Shown in pieces: positions 21,357 to 31,625 of a stretch of DNA of 64,000 nucleotides. The notes beneath the pieces were generated by a model. That model searched no databases. It was not told the origin of the DNA and worked only from the letters and a program-made list of their open reading frames with translations. The position numbers were made by a program, and so were the translations under genes. The DNA lies in NCBI GenBank assembly GCA_963674965.2, contig CAXXFL010000004.1, positions 64,001-128,000 on the forward strand, read 5' to 3'. The stretch is from a bacterium. GTDB lineage: Bacteria > RBG-13-61-14 > DATKZS01. Position 1 is the stretch's first letter. The number at the start of each line of letters is the position of its first letter.

Positions 21357-21727
21357 CCGGTCCGGGCGGTCATGCGGTTATGGCCGGGAACGCCGACAAA
21401 TTTCTTTTCCAGGCTTCCGGTCTTACACATCACGGACGCGACCTCGAACCCGGCGTCTTCCAACTGGCCGCTTATGACCCTGAGTTCATCGTGAAGGCCG
21501 ATACAAGCAGCAAGCCCGATCCTTTTGTATCCCATGAAATCGGCATATTCGGTCAGTTCATCAAGACGGTTGATCTCTTTGAGGCGGATATCAGCCGCGT
21601 ACTCCAAAAACTTGCTTTGCGAATCGCCCGACTTAAATTCATCCCGGCGCCGCTCGGGACAACCGGCGGGCATCTCTCCCGAACCGGTGAAGCAGGCCTT
21701 GGTCTCACAGTTTGCGCAAGGCATCAT
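21256..21727 (-). pseudogene. DUF1847-family metal-binding protein, 3'-truncated
   Basis: KRIGLA.CIGL, CK.G, CNP..QA, GLCAG, then breaks before the expected HD motif. Confidence 0.8.
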
Positions 21728-21785
21728 TGAGCTCCTGTCTCTAAGCCTTTCGTCACTTGTTTACTCATCTCATCCACTCCCTTCA

Positions 21786-22985
21786 CTACTTGAAATTCTC
21801 ATCGTAGAGCTTGCGAGCCATTTTCTGTATCATCCTGTTTTCCGGCTCGTAATATTTCAAATCAGCGGGGTCTCCATTTATGACGAACTCAAGCGCTTTT
21901 TTCGCCTCTTCTTCTCTGCCGAGGGTGATGTACATCTGGGCCAGGCGAAAGTGGTTGTCAAAATAGCCGGGCTCCTGTTTGGTGGAGTAGACGGTCAGCC
22001 GGATGATCAGTTCCTTTGAAAAGCCCAACATCTTAGCGACACGGAAAGAAAGTTCACCGGCTTCGGCCAGTGAGGCCGCCAGAAAGCGGGAGAAGCCCCC
22101 GTACATGTAGGTTGGCTGCTCCTCACACACGAGGATAAGGGCCTCGGCCAGTTCCATGGAATGTCGGACCATAGCCAATGTTCCCTTAACTTCGACGTAG
22201 CTGCCCAGGGTGGCGATATAGAAATAGTTGGCGGCGGGGTTGCGGGGCTCGACCTTGATTGCCTTGCGGGCCCAGTCCGCGCCTGTTTCGAAGAACTCGG
22301 CCTTCTTCTTCTTGTCGGGCTCTGACAAGCCAAGGTAATAGTAGGACCAGCTCAAGTACAGCTTAGGCTCGATGCGGCCCGGATACTTGGCGTCAAGTTT
22401 TTTGAAGTCCTCCACCGCAGCGAGACCCTGCTTGCGGTCCAAGCGAGCATCATACTTTTTGATGGCCTCGGGCCAGAGCGGATCGTCGTCGGGTTCGGGC
22501 AGGGGCCTTATGGACCTATACTTCGCGCCCAGGGCTTCAACTTCCTTGTATTCCTCCTCGGTTAAATCGCGGGAAAGGAGCAAGGAAGCGAAACGCCATA
22601 ACGTGGCGGCGTAATCGCCGGGCTTGATCTTAAGCGCCGCGTCACCCGCGGATACGCCTTTTTCGGCAAAATACTTGTCGCCGAGTTTGCGTACAGCCAT
22701 GAAGTAATAGACACGGCAGAGCCAGAGTTGGGCCTCGAAGCTGTCGGGTTTGTTTTTGGCGATTTCTTCGAGGATTGAAAGCGCGGCCTCCACTTCTTCG
22801 GTTTCTTCTCTTTTGTCCCAGTGCGCGAACGCCTTGGCCCAGCGCGGGTCGTCATCCGGCCGTGGCAGGTTTACGTGCGGCGATGTCGTGGTCATGGTCT
22901 GGGGATAGGCGGCAAAGGAGTCCGGACCTCCGAATAATATAATTGCCGCACCGATAACCAATACGATCCGTATCCTTAATTGCAC
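21786..22985 (-). CDS. Secreted TPR-like protein with internal duplication (possibly TatT-like)
   Basis: GTG start, signal peptide, two LP.PDDDP.W-led repeats, YMYGG..R motif. Confidence 0.65.
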   Translation of the reverse strand: MQLRIRIVLVIGAAIILFGGPDSFAAYPQTMTTTSPHVNLPRPDDDPRWAKAFAHWDKREETEEVEAALSILEEIAKNKPDSFEAQLWLCRVYYFMAVRKLGDKYFAEKGVSAGDAALKIKPGDYAATLWRFASLLLSRDLTEEEYKEVEALGAKYRSIRPLPEPDDDPLWPEAIKKYDARLDRKQGLAAVEDFKKLDAKYPGRIEPKLYLSWSYYYLGLSEPDKKKKAEFFETGADWARKAIKVEPRNPAANYFYIATLGSYVEVKGTLAMVRHSMELAEALILVCEEQPTYMYGGFSRFLAASLAEAGELSFRVAKMLGFSKELIIRLTVYSTKQEPGYFDNHFRLAQMYITLGREEEAKKALEFVINGDPADLKYYEPENRMIQKMARKLYDENFK

Positions 22986-23032
22986 GATGTCCCCTCCCGT
23001 TGTTATTTTTCCGGCCCTCTAGCCGAGCCCCG

Positions 23033-25711
23033 TCAATAATTTACAAACACCGGAGACGAGTATCCCTGGTCGCCGCTTTCGAACTCGATCCTTACATAGT
23101 AGTAGTGGCGGCCCGTACTCCAACTATCGTCTTTCCAACGAGCCTCGAACCCGTCTCCGGATGGCGTCAAGTTCCTTTCGGCAAACATCTCCCGCCCGTC
23201 CTTTACGAACACTATCCGGCTGACCGGGTCGTACTTATCCTGGCTTTGCGCGTAGGCTTTGGCAACGGGGACTGAATTGATGGAAGGCCTTGAGCCCATG
23301 AAGTGATCGTCGACCCAAAACCTGACGTCCATGCGCCGGACCGGCAGGTCCTTAATCCGGCTCTCCAGGAAGGGAAAGAGGTTGAACACGTCTTCGTTTC
23401 GCGCTTGGTTGTCGATGGCGATGGATTTGCGCTCGAACATGGAGTCGAAAATCGACTTCCTGGTTTTCTCCCTGACCCACAGCCCGGCGGTGATCCATCC
23501 CAGGCCGCTGACCGCGTGAGTGTCCGACCCTCCGTAGGCTCCCAGGGGCAGGGCGTTGCCAAGGGCCTCTCTCCAACAATGGAACCATTTATGATCGTAG
23601 TCGCGCGTGATATCGTCGCCGGCCATTCTCTGCATCACGGTCATGAAGGAGGTTATGCCTCGGGTCGCGCCCCCGTCGAGCACTCCGTCGGCTACATACT
23701 CGTCGAGGGTTTTTTCCGCGGCCACGTGCTGGCTCATCACGTCGTAAAGAGGCTCCATTGATTCATCGTACTCGGAAAAGTCGTTGCCGAGGTTGAACAT
23801 GTTGTGGGCGGTGACCATGACCCGTGAATCTGGCGAGAGCCCGAACTTGTGCATGAAGCTGTAGAGCATGCCGTTGGTGTTCGTGCGCTTTTCTTTGGGA
23901 TAGAGGAACGCGAACATGTTGATAATCGGCCTGTCGTCGCCCTCGAAGACCACGCAGCGGTGTCCTCTGGTCTGGGAGGTAAATTCGTATGCCTGGAAGC
24001 AGACAAAGTCCGGCTCTGAAAAGACCTTGGGCAAAAAGGAAATGTAGGCTTCGAGTCCGGGCACGTTGGCGATCAGCATGTCGTGGTCGGAGAGCGCGAA
24101 GAAATCGAGTTTCGCGAAGTCGCGAGCGAAGTTGTAGTAGTAGTCGCTGGGGTCGGCGCCGTCGCTCGACCAGGAGTGGACGTGGGTATCGCCGTAAATC
24201 AGGGTATGGGTTTCGCCATTTATTTTTGTTTGCCGCGGGGGTTTGAAGGTGTCGCGAACCTTCCAGCCATCGTACATGGTCTCGGGAAGGTCTTGTCCCT
24301 TGGGGTGGGTCATCGGACCCATAAGGTCTCTGATTTTGACCTTCTCGGCGTGAGCCATAACCGGGCCTTCCCTCGGGTCGTTCTGGTCCCATACCGCATG
24401 AATCGTATCGCCGGCGACGACGGTCGACTGGCCGAACATCAATTTGGCGATGTTGGCGCCCCGCCCCAGCTTGATCCTTTTCGGGTCGCTCCATTTGTCG
24501 CCTTCGTAATAGCGGTAATCGAGGTGCCGCCACATCGCGAAGATAATCGGGTCGCCTTCCATGAAGAAAACGTAAACCCGGTTTCTCTTGTCCACCTGCA
24601 GGGTCGGGGCCCAGGCCACGGAGTAAAAGGAAACGCGGCCATCGCCCTTTTCTCGTCCCTCGCCCCGCAGCACCGGGTGTAACTCCTCGTGAGTGTCGGA
24701 GCCCATGCCGGCGATGTTGGCGGTGACGTACTCCGAAGGGTTGTAGAGTTTCTTTGGCTGGCGCGGGAACAGCCATTTCTCGCCGTCAAAGAATTTAGTG
24801 TGTACCGAGCGCATGGCGCTGAATTCCGACAGCTCGTTGGACGCTCTCACCCAGGCCACCCAGATGTTGCCGTCGAGGTCCTCGAGCACGTCGGCCATCG
24901 AATCCCAGCGCGCGCATTTGGTCACCCGCATTTCCTCGCCCATGGCGCCGCCAGGGCCGACCATGCGCATGTATATGTCGTACTGAAGGTCCCGGTACGA
25001 ATCCCAGACGATCGCCACCTTGCCTTTGTGCTTGCCGGCCCTTTTGGTGACCACCAGTCGGGGCCGGTAGTTCTGTCCGGTTTGGCACACCGAGCCGTGA
25101 TCGTTCCATGAAGAGCCGTCATAAGACCTCAGCTTGATCGAATGATCAGCCCAGTCTTCATACGCGACCCAGGCCTTGCCGTTGTCGGGATCGATGGCAA
25201 CCCGAGGGGTCAACGCCGGTCGAGCGCCGCCGGCGACCTCCATGGGAGAAGACCAGGAGCGGCCGTCGTAATACGCCGCGTAGACGCGCCACTGCCTTGT
25301 CTCGGGATGACAACCGCACCAGACGACACAGACTTTACCACCCGCCGCGGCTATCTCAGGCGCCAGTTTCGCGTCCGGCTGACCGCCGCTGACGTCTGCC
25401 GGCTCGTCAAATTTCTTTCCGTCCTTGACGCTGACCTCGACCGAATCAATAGATTGGGTCACTCGAGTAGGGCCCCACTCGGTGTCGAGGTCCTCGGTGC
25501 TGATGTCTATCTTCAGCTTGGCCAACCAAACGCGGCCGGTTTGTCCATCCACGGCCAAGCGTCCCATTTTCGACCTGACTCCCTCTGCCGCGGAGACCTC
25601 GGCCCAGGCCGGCCAACTCCCGGCATGTGTCAGGAGCACCGCTCCGCCGGTCATGGCCGCGCTCCGGTTGATGAACACTCGCCTGCTAATGCCTTTTTTA
25701 TTGTCCGTCAT
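23033..25711 (-). CDS. Tat-exported PHP-fold metallohydrolase (DUF3604/CehA-McbA-like) with N-terminal beta-propeller-like region
   Basis: SRRVF signal; YGDTHVHS..SDG, DF.A.SDHD, GGSDTH, C-terminal YYYVR....SSPVF. Confidence 0.75.
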   Translation of the reverse strand: MTDNKKGISRRVFINRSAAMTGGAVLLTHAGSWPAWAEVSAAEGVRSKMGRLAVDGQTGRVWLAKLKIDISTEDLDTEWGPTRVTQSIDSVEVSVKDGKKFDEPADVSGGQPDAKLAPEIAAAGGKVCVVWCGCHPETRQWRVYAAYYDGRSWSSPMEVAGGARPALTPRVAIDPDNGKAWVAYEDWADHSIKLRSYDGSSWNDHGSVCQTGQNYRPRLVVTKRAGKHKGKVAIVWDSYRDLQYDIYMRMVGPGGAMGEEMRVTKCARWDSMADVLEDLDGNIWVAWVRASNELSEFSAMRSVHTKFFDGEKWLFPRQPKKLYNPSEYVTANIAGMGSDTHEELHPVLRGEGREKGDGRVSFYSVAWAPTLQVDKRNRVYVFFMEGDPIIFAMWRHLDYRYYEGDKWSDPKRIKLGRGANIAKLMFGQSTVVAGDTIHAVWDQNDPREGPVMAHAEKVKIRDLMGPMTHPKGQDLPETMYDGWKVRDTFKPPRQTKINGETHTLIYGDTHVHSWSSDGADPSDYYYNFARDFAKLDFFALSDHDMLIANVPGLEAYISFLPKVFSEPDFVCFQAYEFTSQTRGHRCVVFEGDDRPIINMFAFLYPKEKRTNTNGMLYSFMHKFGLSPDSRVMVTAHNMFNLGNDFSEYDESMEPLYDVMSQHVAAEKTLDEYVADGVLDGGATRGITSFMTVMQRMAGDDITRDYDHKWFHCWREALGNALPLGAYGGSDTHAVSGLGWITAGLWVREKTRKSIFDSMFERKSIAIDNQARNEDVFNLFPFLESRIKDLPVRRMDVRFWVDDHFMGSRPSINSVPVAKAYAQSQDKYDPVSRIVFVKDGREMFAERNLTPSGDGFEARWKDDSWSTGRHYYYVRIEFESGDQGYSSPVFVNY

Positions 25712-25758
25712 GTCGTTCCCCTATCGATGAAATCAATTCCCTTTGTCTTGTGGGCGTT

Positions 25759-26826
25759 CTACAGTATGCCCCTCTTCTTGGCCATGTTGAGCATCTGTTC
25801 CATGCTGTTCTTTGCGGGGACCTGCATTTCCTTTTCCGGCTTGGCCTTCAGGCTGATAGCTTCACTGGAGCAGCCGGCAACGCAAAGGCCGCATCCGATG
25901 CAACGCTCGAGCTTGATTTCAGCTTTTCCGTCATCGTTCATTTCGATGGCTCGCATCTGGCATGTTTCAATACATTCCTCACAACTGATGCACTCGTCCT
26001 GGTCGATCACGGCGAAGTAGTTTGATAGGACCATTTCCGCTGGGCTGGGGTGAAAATTAAGCGCCTGGAGCACGCCGCAGCAGTCTCCACAGCAGTTGCA
26101 CATGCCCGCGGGGTTCTGCGATGAAGCGGGTTGGGTCACGCAGCCGGCGGCCTGACAGTCCTTTACTATTTGAAGAGCTTCGTCCATATCGATCTTTCGA
26201 CCCATGTTATGGTCAAGGTAATACTGGCCCATCGAGCCGAACATGAAACATGCTTCCATGGGTTTGCCGCAGCCATCGGCAACCAATTCTCGCTGCTTGC
26301 GGCAGATACAGTCCGTCACGACAATGTTGTCTTTGGTTTTCAGAATCTCGACCACGTCTTCATATGCCGCCACGTTCAGGGACGCGTCGACAGCCTTATT
26401 GACGGGGATTGGCCTGATAAAGCCACTGGCGTTCTGCAACATGTTCAGGCCCATCTTTTCTTTCATCAGCTCTTCGACCATTTCCGCCAACTCCCTGTCA
26501 AGCCTTTTGACTTGGAACTCGAACAGGCCATGCACGAACGGTATCGCGCTGTAGAAGACCTTTTCACCCTTGCGGAAATGGAAAAGCAGGCCCCGGGCAG
26601 ACATGTCTTTAAGCTTGTCAGCGGCCTGGTCCTCGCTCATCTCCAACTTTTTCGCTATGTCGGCGGAAGCCTCGAGAATGGGGCCCAGCTTGAGGAATAC
26701 CTTTGCATCCTCCTCGCTGAAAAGCTTCTTCAGAATTTTGATCTCGATGCCCGACTCTGTTTCGGGGAAGCCCAGCGAATACTGATCGATGCGCTGCTGT
26801 AGTTGGCGAAATAAACCCTGTTCCAT
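25759..26826 (-). CDS. 4Fe-4S dicluster protein with N-terminal HTH-like region
   Basis: CICR, C.CC.DCC, two CxxCxxCxxxC motifs. Confidence 0.85.
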   Translation of the reverse strand: MEQGLFRQLQQRIDQYSLGFPETESGIEIKILKKLFSEEDAKVFLKLGPILEASADIAKKLEMSEDQAADKLKDMSARGLLFHFRKGEKVFYSAIPFVHGLFEFQVKRLDRELAEMVEELMKEKMGLNMLQNASGFIRPIPVNKAVDASLNVAAYEDVVEILKTKDNIVVTDCICRKQRELVADGCGKPMEACFMFGSMGQYYLDHNMGRKIDMDEALQIVKDCQAAGCVTQPASSQNPAGMCNCCGDCCGVLQALNFHPSPAEMVLSNYFAVIDQDECISCEECIETCQMRAIEMNDDGKAEIKLERCIGCGLCVAGCSSEAISLKAKPEKEMQVPAKNSMEQMLNMAKKRGIL

Positions 26827-26852
26827 TTTTTATCTCCTTTTCACTCGATTTA

Positions 26853-27887
26853 TTAAAGATATAAAGCCTGATGTGCGGACGGCATCTTCTCGAACTCGGC
26901 GGCCGCTTCCTCGGGCGGCAGCACGACCTTTTCCCCATTCTCGCGCTGGATCACGCAACCCGATGAGGTGAGCAGGCGGTAATTTTCACGGGTCTCGTCC
27001 TTGTTCCCAAAACAGATGTAGTTGCAGACGCCGCAAGTAAGTTGGATGTTAATCTTCCCGCCCAGGGCCGTGGTTTCGAACCCGTCGAAGCCGGGCATGG
27101 CCGGCCTTTTTTTGCACTGGATGACGGATTTCAACAAGAGATTCAATGTCTCCTTCGGGTCCTCGGGGACCGGGAAACGGCCCGCCGACCAAGTGGACCA
27201 TTTGCCGCTTTTGTGCAGGCCGGTAAAGCCGCCGCACACCAACTGGCAGCGATTCTGGTCAATGCGCTTGGCGTGGGCGTAGGTTTTTCCGCCCAGCGTA
27301 ACCACCTGCTCCTCGCTTTTTGAAAACATGCCTCCCACGCAGGCGGCAACGCAGGTTTTGCACTTGTCGCAGAAAGACTCCTCCTCCGGGATGGGATCGG
27401 TGGGAGCGAGGTCCGCGGTGGTGACCACCGTGCCCAGGATGATGGCAGTACCGTAGCCATTCATTCCCACGTTGCCGGACCAGCCGAACGACCCGAGGCC
27501 GGAAGCCACCGCCACGTAGCGGTGGGAAATGTCCGGGTGCATTTCAAGCTGCCAACCGGGAAGTTCGGTGCGGTATCTGTTGTTGCCATGCACTCTGGCC
27601 GAGGCGTGGCCCTCGTCCGCAAGCAGTTTCGCGCACTGTTTGGACAGTTCCGACGATTTTTTCGACACGTCGATCTGCTCCTCGTGGTACTCCTCTTTGG
27701 CCAGGTAGCGCCTGATCCGGTCGCGGTCCATGGGCAGGGCAAAGCTCACGGCCGAGCGCGCGCCCTCGATCTGGTAGGTGAGGTCCGCGCTGGGCGGACC
27801 GCCGGCCAGGGATTCGAGATTGGCGAACCTGACCTTGATGGCCCCTCTTTCAAGCAGAAATTCTTCGATTATTTGCTCTAAGGACAT
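26853..27887 (-). CDS. QueG/reductive-dehalogenase-like B12-FeS oxidoreductase (paralog 1)
   Basis: SHRY.AV.SGLG..G.SGN, LGTVVT, CDKCKTC...C, TCG.C...C. Confidence 0.8.
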   Translation of the reverse strand: MSLEQIIEEFLLERGAIKVRFANLESLAGGPPSADLTYQIEGARSAVSFALPMDRDRIRRYLAKEEYHEEQIDVSKKSSELSKQCAKLLADEGHASARVHGNNRYRTELPGWQLEMHPDISHRYVAVASGLGSFGWSGNVGMNGYGTAIILGTVVTTADLAPTDPIPEEESFCDKCKTCVAACVGGMFSKSEEQVVTLGGKTYAHAKRIDQNRCQLVCGGFTGLHKSGKWSTWSAGRFPVPEDPKETLNLLLKSVIQCKKRPAMPGFDGFETTALGGKINIQLTCGVCNYICFGNKDETRENYRLLTSSGCVIQRENGEKVVLPPEEAAAEFEKMPSAHQALYL

Positions 27888-27900
27888 AACATCCCTCCTT

Positions 27901-28491
27901 TCATGTTTTCACGAGAGATCTCTCTTTCAGCAATGCTTCAAGATCATCGATCCTGTCCTGCCCCCAGAACACATCCCCATCGATGTGGAAGGTAGGCACG
28001 CCCCATTGCTTTAATTCCCGCAGCCTGGCGTTGTTTGCTTCGATGCTTTTTTTAATGCGCTCATCAGTGAGAGCTGTTTGGCACTGGCGCCAATCTAGGC
28101 CGATTTCATCGCAAATTTTCCTGAGCCCCTTGTCTTCAACCATGCAGGTCCGCTCGACCCATATGGCCCGGCTGGCGCGGAGGACGAACTCCCGCTCCTT
28201 TCCAATCTCCTTGGCGTGTTCGGACACATACAGACAACGCAGGGCGCCGTCACCGATAGGATCGTGGATGCGGCCGAAATCCATACCCAGGCGTTCGGCC
28301 TCCCTGGCCGCGTCGAGAAGGATATAGAGCTTCTTGGACATGGGAAGAGGAACGCCGCGGGTAACCATGGGACGGATGGGGCGAAACTCGACCTTGACGT
28401 TATACTTGTCCTCCAGTGCAAATGCCCTTGGCCCGGCAAGGTAGCTGTATGGACTCCTGAAGGAGAAGAAGAAATCGACGGTCGCGCTCAT
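27901..28491 (-). CDS. DsbA-like / kappa-GST (HCCA isomerase family)
   Basis: FSFRSPYSYL, WGVPTF, FWGQDR; ATGA overlap with upstream gene. Confidence 0.88.
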   Translation of the reverse strand: MSATVDFFFSFRSPYSYLAGPRAFALEDKYNVKVEFRPIRPMVTRGVPLPMSKKLYILLDAAREAERLGMDFGRIHDPIGDGALRCLYVSEHAKEIGKEREFVLRASRAIWVERTCMVEDKGLRKICDEIGLDWRQCQTALTDERIKKSIEANNARLRELKQWGVPTFHIDGDVFWGQDRIDDLEALLKERSLVKT

Positions 28492-29180
28492 TGTTTCCTC
28501 CATCCCGCCCGGTCGAGCCATTCGCCGATGCGGTCGGCGCGCTCGTGAGCGAAGTACCACTGGCCCAGCACCAGTATGGCCGGGGTTTCCCAGTGGCCTT
28601 TTTTGAACATGAGTTCGCGGTTTTGTTCGAGCCTTCTATCCATGGCATCTGTTTGCAGCGACGCGTCCTGGCCGGTCACTTCCCGATGGATGCAAAATAA
28701 ATCGGCTTCGTCCAGATCCTCGTTTTTCTCCCACAGGGCTTTCAGGAACCTTAAGCAGACCTCCATCATCATTTCCGCCCCCCGACACGACTCGGCCAGC
28801 CGTGCGGCCATGGCCGCGGTCTCGGGTTTGACCGGATCTTTTCTTTGCATAGTCTTTGAATGGCGGGCCGCGATCCTCGCCGCGTCGACGATCGAATATG
28901 CAAGCCTGTCTTCGCGGTCAGGATCGCCTGAAATTCCGCGCTCGGTTACGGGATATATTCGCAGATCAACGTTGCGGCCTCTAAGAACGTCTTCAAGCAA
29001 ATCGAGTCCGACCCAGCTATAGGGATCGTCAAAGGCAATGAACAGTTCAGCCTTGGCTGGCCTTCCCATAATCTTCACTGCCCTAATAAGAGGCCTTGCG
29101 GCGCGTTTTGCCCTGGAGGCCGAGACCAGCAGACTCGGCACAAGGGCCTTTGCAACATACTCTTTGGCGCACTTACCCAT
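28488..29180 (-). CDS. DsbA-like / kappa-GST-like protein (divergent)
   Basis: FDDPYS, GHW..P......W.FAHER. Confidence 0.7.
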   Translation of the reverse strand: MGKCAKEYVAKALVPSLLVSASRAKRAARPLIRAVKIMGRPAKAELFIAFDDPYSWVGLDLLEDVLRGRNVDLRIYPVTERGISGDPDREDRLAYSIVDAARIAARHSKTMQRKDPVKPETAAMAARLAESCRGAEMMMEVCLRFLKALWEKNEDLDEADLFCIHREVTGQDASLQTDAMDRRLEQNRELMFKKGHWETPAILVLGQWYFAHERADRIGEWLDRAGWRKQ

Positions 29181-30381
29181 TCTCATCGCCTTTCACTTTG
29201 TAGGGCATATCCCAGGGAGTTCCATTGAGGACAAGCCTGATGCGGTCAATCATGGCTGGTGTCCGGTCAACTTTTTCCAGGGGAAGCACAAACTCTTTCG
29301 CCAGTCCGGAGTCTACATGGCCTTCCGAGAACAATGGGTCGAGGCTGCCACGCCTCTCCAGTATTCCCGATACCTCGGCTTTCTCCGCCGGCGTCAGTTC
29401 TTTATGAAGCCTTTGCAGTTCTTCCATGCACCAGACGCGATAGTGCACCACGGGCAGGTTCCTGTAAGTTGCTTGAGCTGTCTTGTAATCGAACTTCTTT
29501 TTTCCGGCATTCCATGCGCGGAAGTTTTCGAGCAAGGACGGCAGATAGGTTTGAAGAGCGTCCGTCAAGATGAAGTCCCAGCCGGCATGGGAGAAGTCGA
29601 GGAGAGGGGCCTGCTGGTCAAAGTTCGAAGCTTTCGCGTTCCACATCCTGGCCACCCACTCGTAAACGGCGGGGGCTCTTTCCCGCATGATCCTTGCCGG
29701 TGTCGGATCGATGGAGAAGTGCCGGAACATGGGCCCCATATAGCCGAAGTCCACGAGGGTCGGCCGGGCGCCGAGTAAAAAAGGCGAGTCGGTCAGTATT
29801 GCCTGCAGCGCGTCAAGGTTTTCGAGATAGGTTCGTTCAACGTGGTCTCGGGTGTGCTTGTCCACTCCGTCGTTTTTCACAAAGGTCCTGGTTTGTCGCG
29901 AGGCCATCATTCTGGCTCGAAGAAAGAGCGGGAGAGGCAGCCTGGCAATTTCGCGTCCGATCCTTCGTCCCAGTTCCCTGTGGTCGTAATGCCAGCGATA
30001 ATACATCGCGGGCCGCCACAACCACTCGTCCGCGTAGTCCTCGACCAGTTTTGATACGAACCGTATCGCGGGGTCCTCGGGCGCCACCTTGCTTTCGGGA
30101 AACTCCCGGTCAAACCAGTCGATCATGGGAGTAGAGTCTTTGAGCCACCTGCCCTCGGCGGTCTTCACGGCGGGGACCTTCATCACCCCCGTGTTCAGGA
30201 AGAGAACAGGGTAGGTCTGCGGCAAGGTCAACTCGACCCGCTTGAACTCGACCTCCTTGTAGCGCATGACCATCTCTATCTTGCCGCTGTAATAAGATAC
30301 ATCGTAGAGAAAGAGCGTGAAGGGCTCGTGCACGCCATGGACCTTTTTCTGATCCCTCGAACTGTTGGTAGCTTTTGTCAT
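29173..30381 (-). CDS. Glutathione S-transferase family protein
   Basis: SYYSGK, KVP, DSTPMI.W, EDYADEWLWRPAM.YRW, FLLG.RP..DFG..GP. Confidence 0.85.
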   Translation of the reverse strand: MTKATNSSRDQKKVHGVHEPFTLFLYDVSYYSGKIEMVMRYKEVEFKRVELTLPQTYPVLFLNTGVMKVPAVKTAEGRWLKDSTPMIDWFDREFPESKVAPEDPAIRFVSKLVEDYADEWLWRPAMYYRWHYDHRELGRRIGREIARLPLPLFLRARMMASRQTRTFVKNDGVDKHTRDHVERTYLENLDALQAILTDSPFLLGARPTLVDFGYMGPMFRHFSIDPTPARIMRERAPAVYEWVARMWNAKASNFDQQAPLLDFSHAGWDFILTDALQTYLPSLLENFRAWNAGKKKFDYKTAQATYRNLPVVHYRVWCMEELQRLHKELTPAEKAEVSGILERRGSLDPLFSEGHVDSGLAKEFVLPLEKVDRTPAMIDRIRLVLNGTPWDMPYKVKGDENG

Positions 30382-30459
30382 TCAATCCCTTTGCCGCTTC
30401 TCAAAACTTCCCGGAAGGAAGGTTATATTTCTCAGCGATTACATTCATATTGCGGCATG

Positions 30460-31563
30460 CTAAGATTTGCCGCGCCTGTTTTCAGCCACCAGCGTTTTTA
30501 TCAAGTGCCCTCCATTATCGAGCGGTTTTTCGCGTTCCACTCTTTTAAGCATAATGACGTCCTGGGCGCAGGCTATTGCGCAGACCCCGCAGCCCATGCA
30601 CTTGTCCGCGTCCACGACAGCCCTCTCTTCTTCATCGCTCAACTCGATTGCGTCGAACACGCATTTCTCCACGCACTCTCCGCACATGATGCAGTCGTAG
30701 GTGGCTTCGGCCACAAAGTTTGAAGGCGCGATGGATTCAGGGTTGTCCCACCTGGTCCGGCCTCTTACCTGTGAGCAGCAGCATTCACAGCAAAGACAAA
30801 TGATGCCGTGCTTCATGTCGTTGTAGTTTTCGGTTGTCGGGACCAGGCCGTAGTCCTGCATCTGGTCGAAGTACTTAATGGCCTCGTCCTTGTCCGCGCT
30901 TTTGCCGAGACCCGCGTTTTCAAAAAGTAAAGCGGACATGTTGAGCATGATGCAGCATCCCACGGGCACGTCCTTGCATTCTCTTATTCCCATTTTTTCG
31001 GTCCTGGTCCGGCAGGGGCAAGGCACCAGTCGGATTTTGTCGGCGGCCTCGATTATTTTGTGGGCGTTCTCGGAATCCAGGATGGTCTGCTCGGGATGGA
31101 GCGTCCGCTCGACCGGCACAACCCTCATCAGCTGGGTGCCCATGGCGGTACTCTCGTAGTATTTGTAATATTCGTCCTTGATGAAGAACTGCTGGTAAAG
31201 CTCGGCGGCTTTGAGGTCGTCGGGTTTTGTTTCTTCATAGAACATGTGTTGATTGACTATCCTGGGAACGGGAGGAATGATGTAACTGCCCATGAAGTCG
31301 ATTATTCGTCCTTCCTTGCCGGCGGCGGCCAGGGTCTCTTTGACCTCGTCTTCCGTAAGGCCCGAAAGCTCGGCCAGGTCTTTGGCGCTCCTGAACTGCC
31401 TGGTGTTCATTTTCAGGTGCTGTACCAGTTCGGCCTCTTTCTCCGTGTACAACAACTTCAGGAACTCGATAAAAGCCTTTGACGGCTGCCCGTCTTGTTT
31501 GGGCGCGGTCTGGGGAGCTTCATCAATGGCTTGGTATATTTTCAGATACGCTTCGTCACTCAT
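30460..31563 (-). CDS. 4Fe-4S dicluster protein (paralog of 25759)
   Basis: CPCR, C.CC.CC, two CxxCxxCxxxC motifs. Confidence 0.85.
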   Translation of the reverse strand: MSDEAYLKIYQAIDEAPQTAPKQDGQPSKAFIEFLKLLYTEKEAELVQHLKMNTRQFRSAKDLAELSGLTEDEVKETLAAAGKEGRIIDFMGSYIIPPVPRIVNQHMFYEETKPDDLKAAELYQQFFIKDEYYKYYESTAMGTQLMRVVPVERTLHPEQTILDSENAHKIIEAADKIRLVPCPCRTRTEKMGIRECKDVPVGCCIMLNMSALLFENAGLGKSADKDEAIKYFDQMQDYGLVPTTENYNDMKHGIICLCCECCCSQVRGRTRWDNPESIAPSNFVAEATYDCIMCGECVEKCVFDAIELSDEEERAVVDADKCMGCGVCAIACAQDVIMLKRVEREKPLDNGGHLIKTLVAENRRGKS

Positions 31564-31625
31564 TCTCTCTCTCCTGTTTTTTGCAGGTCATTTTGGGATG
31601 GCCGAAGACGCGCGGGATTAATTCA

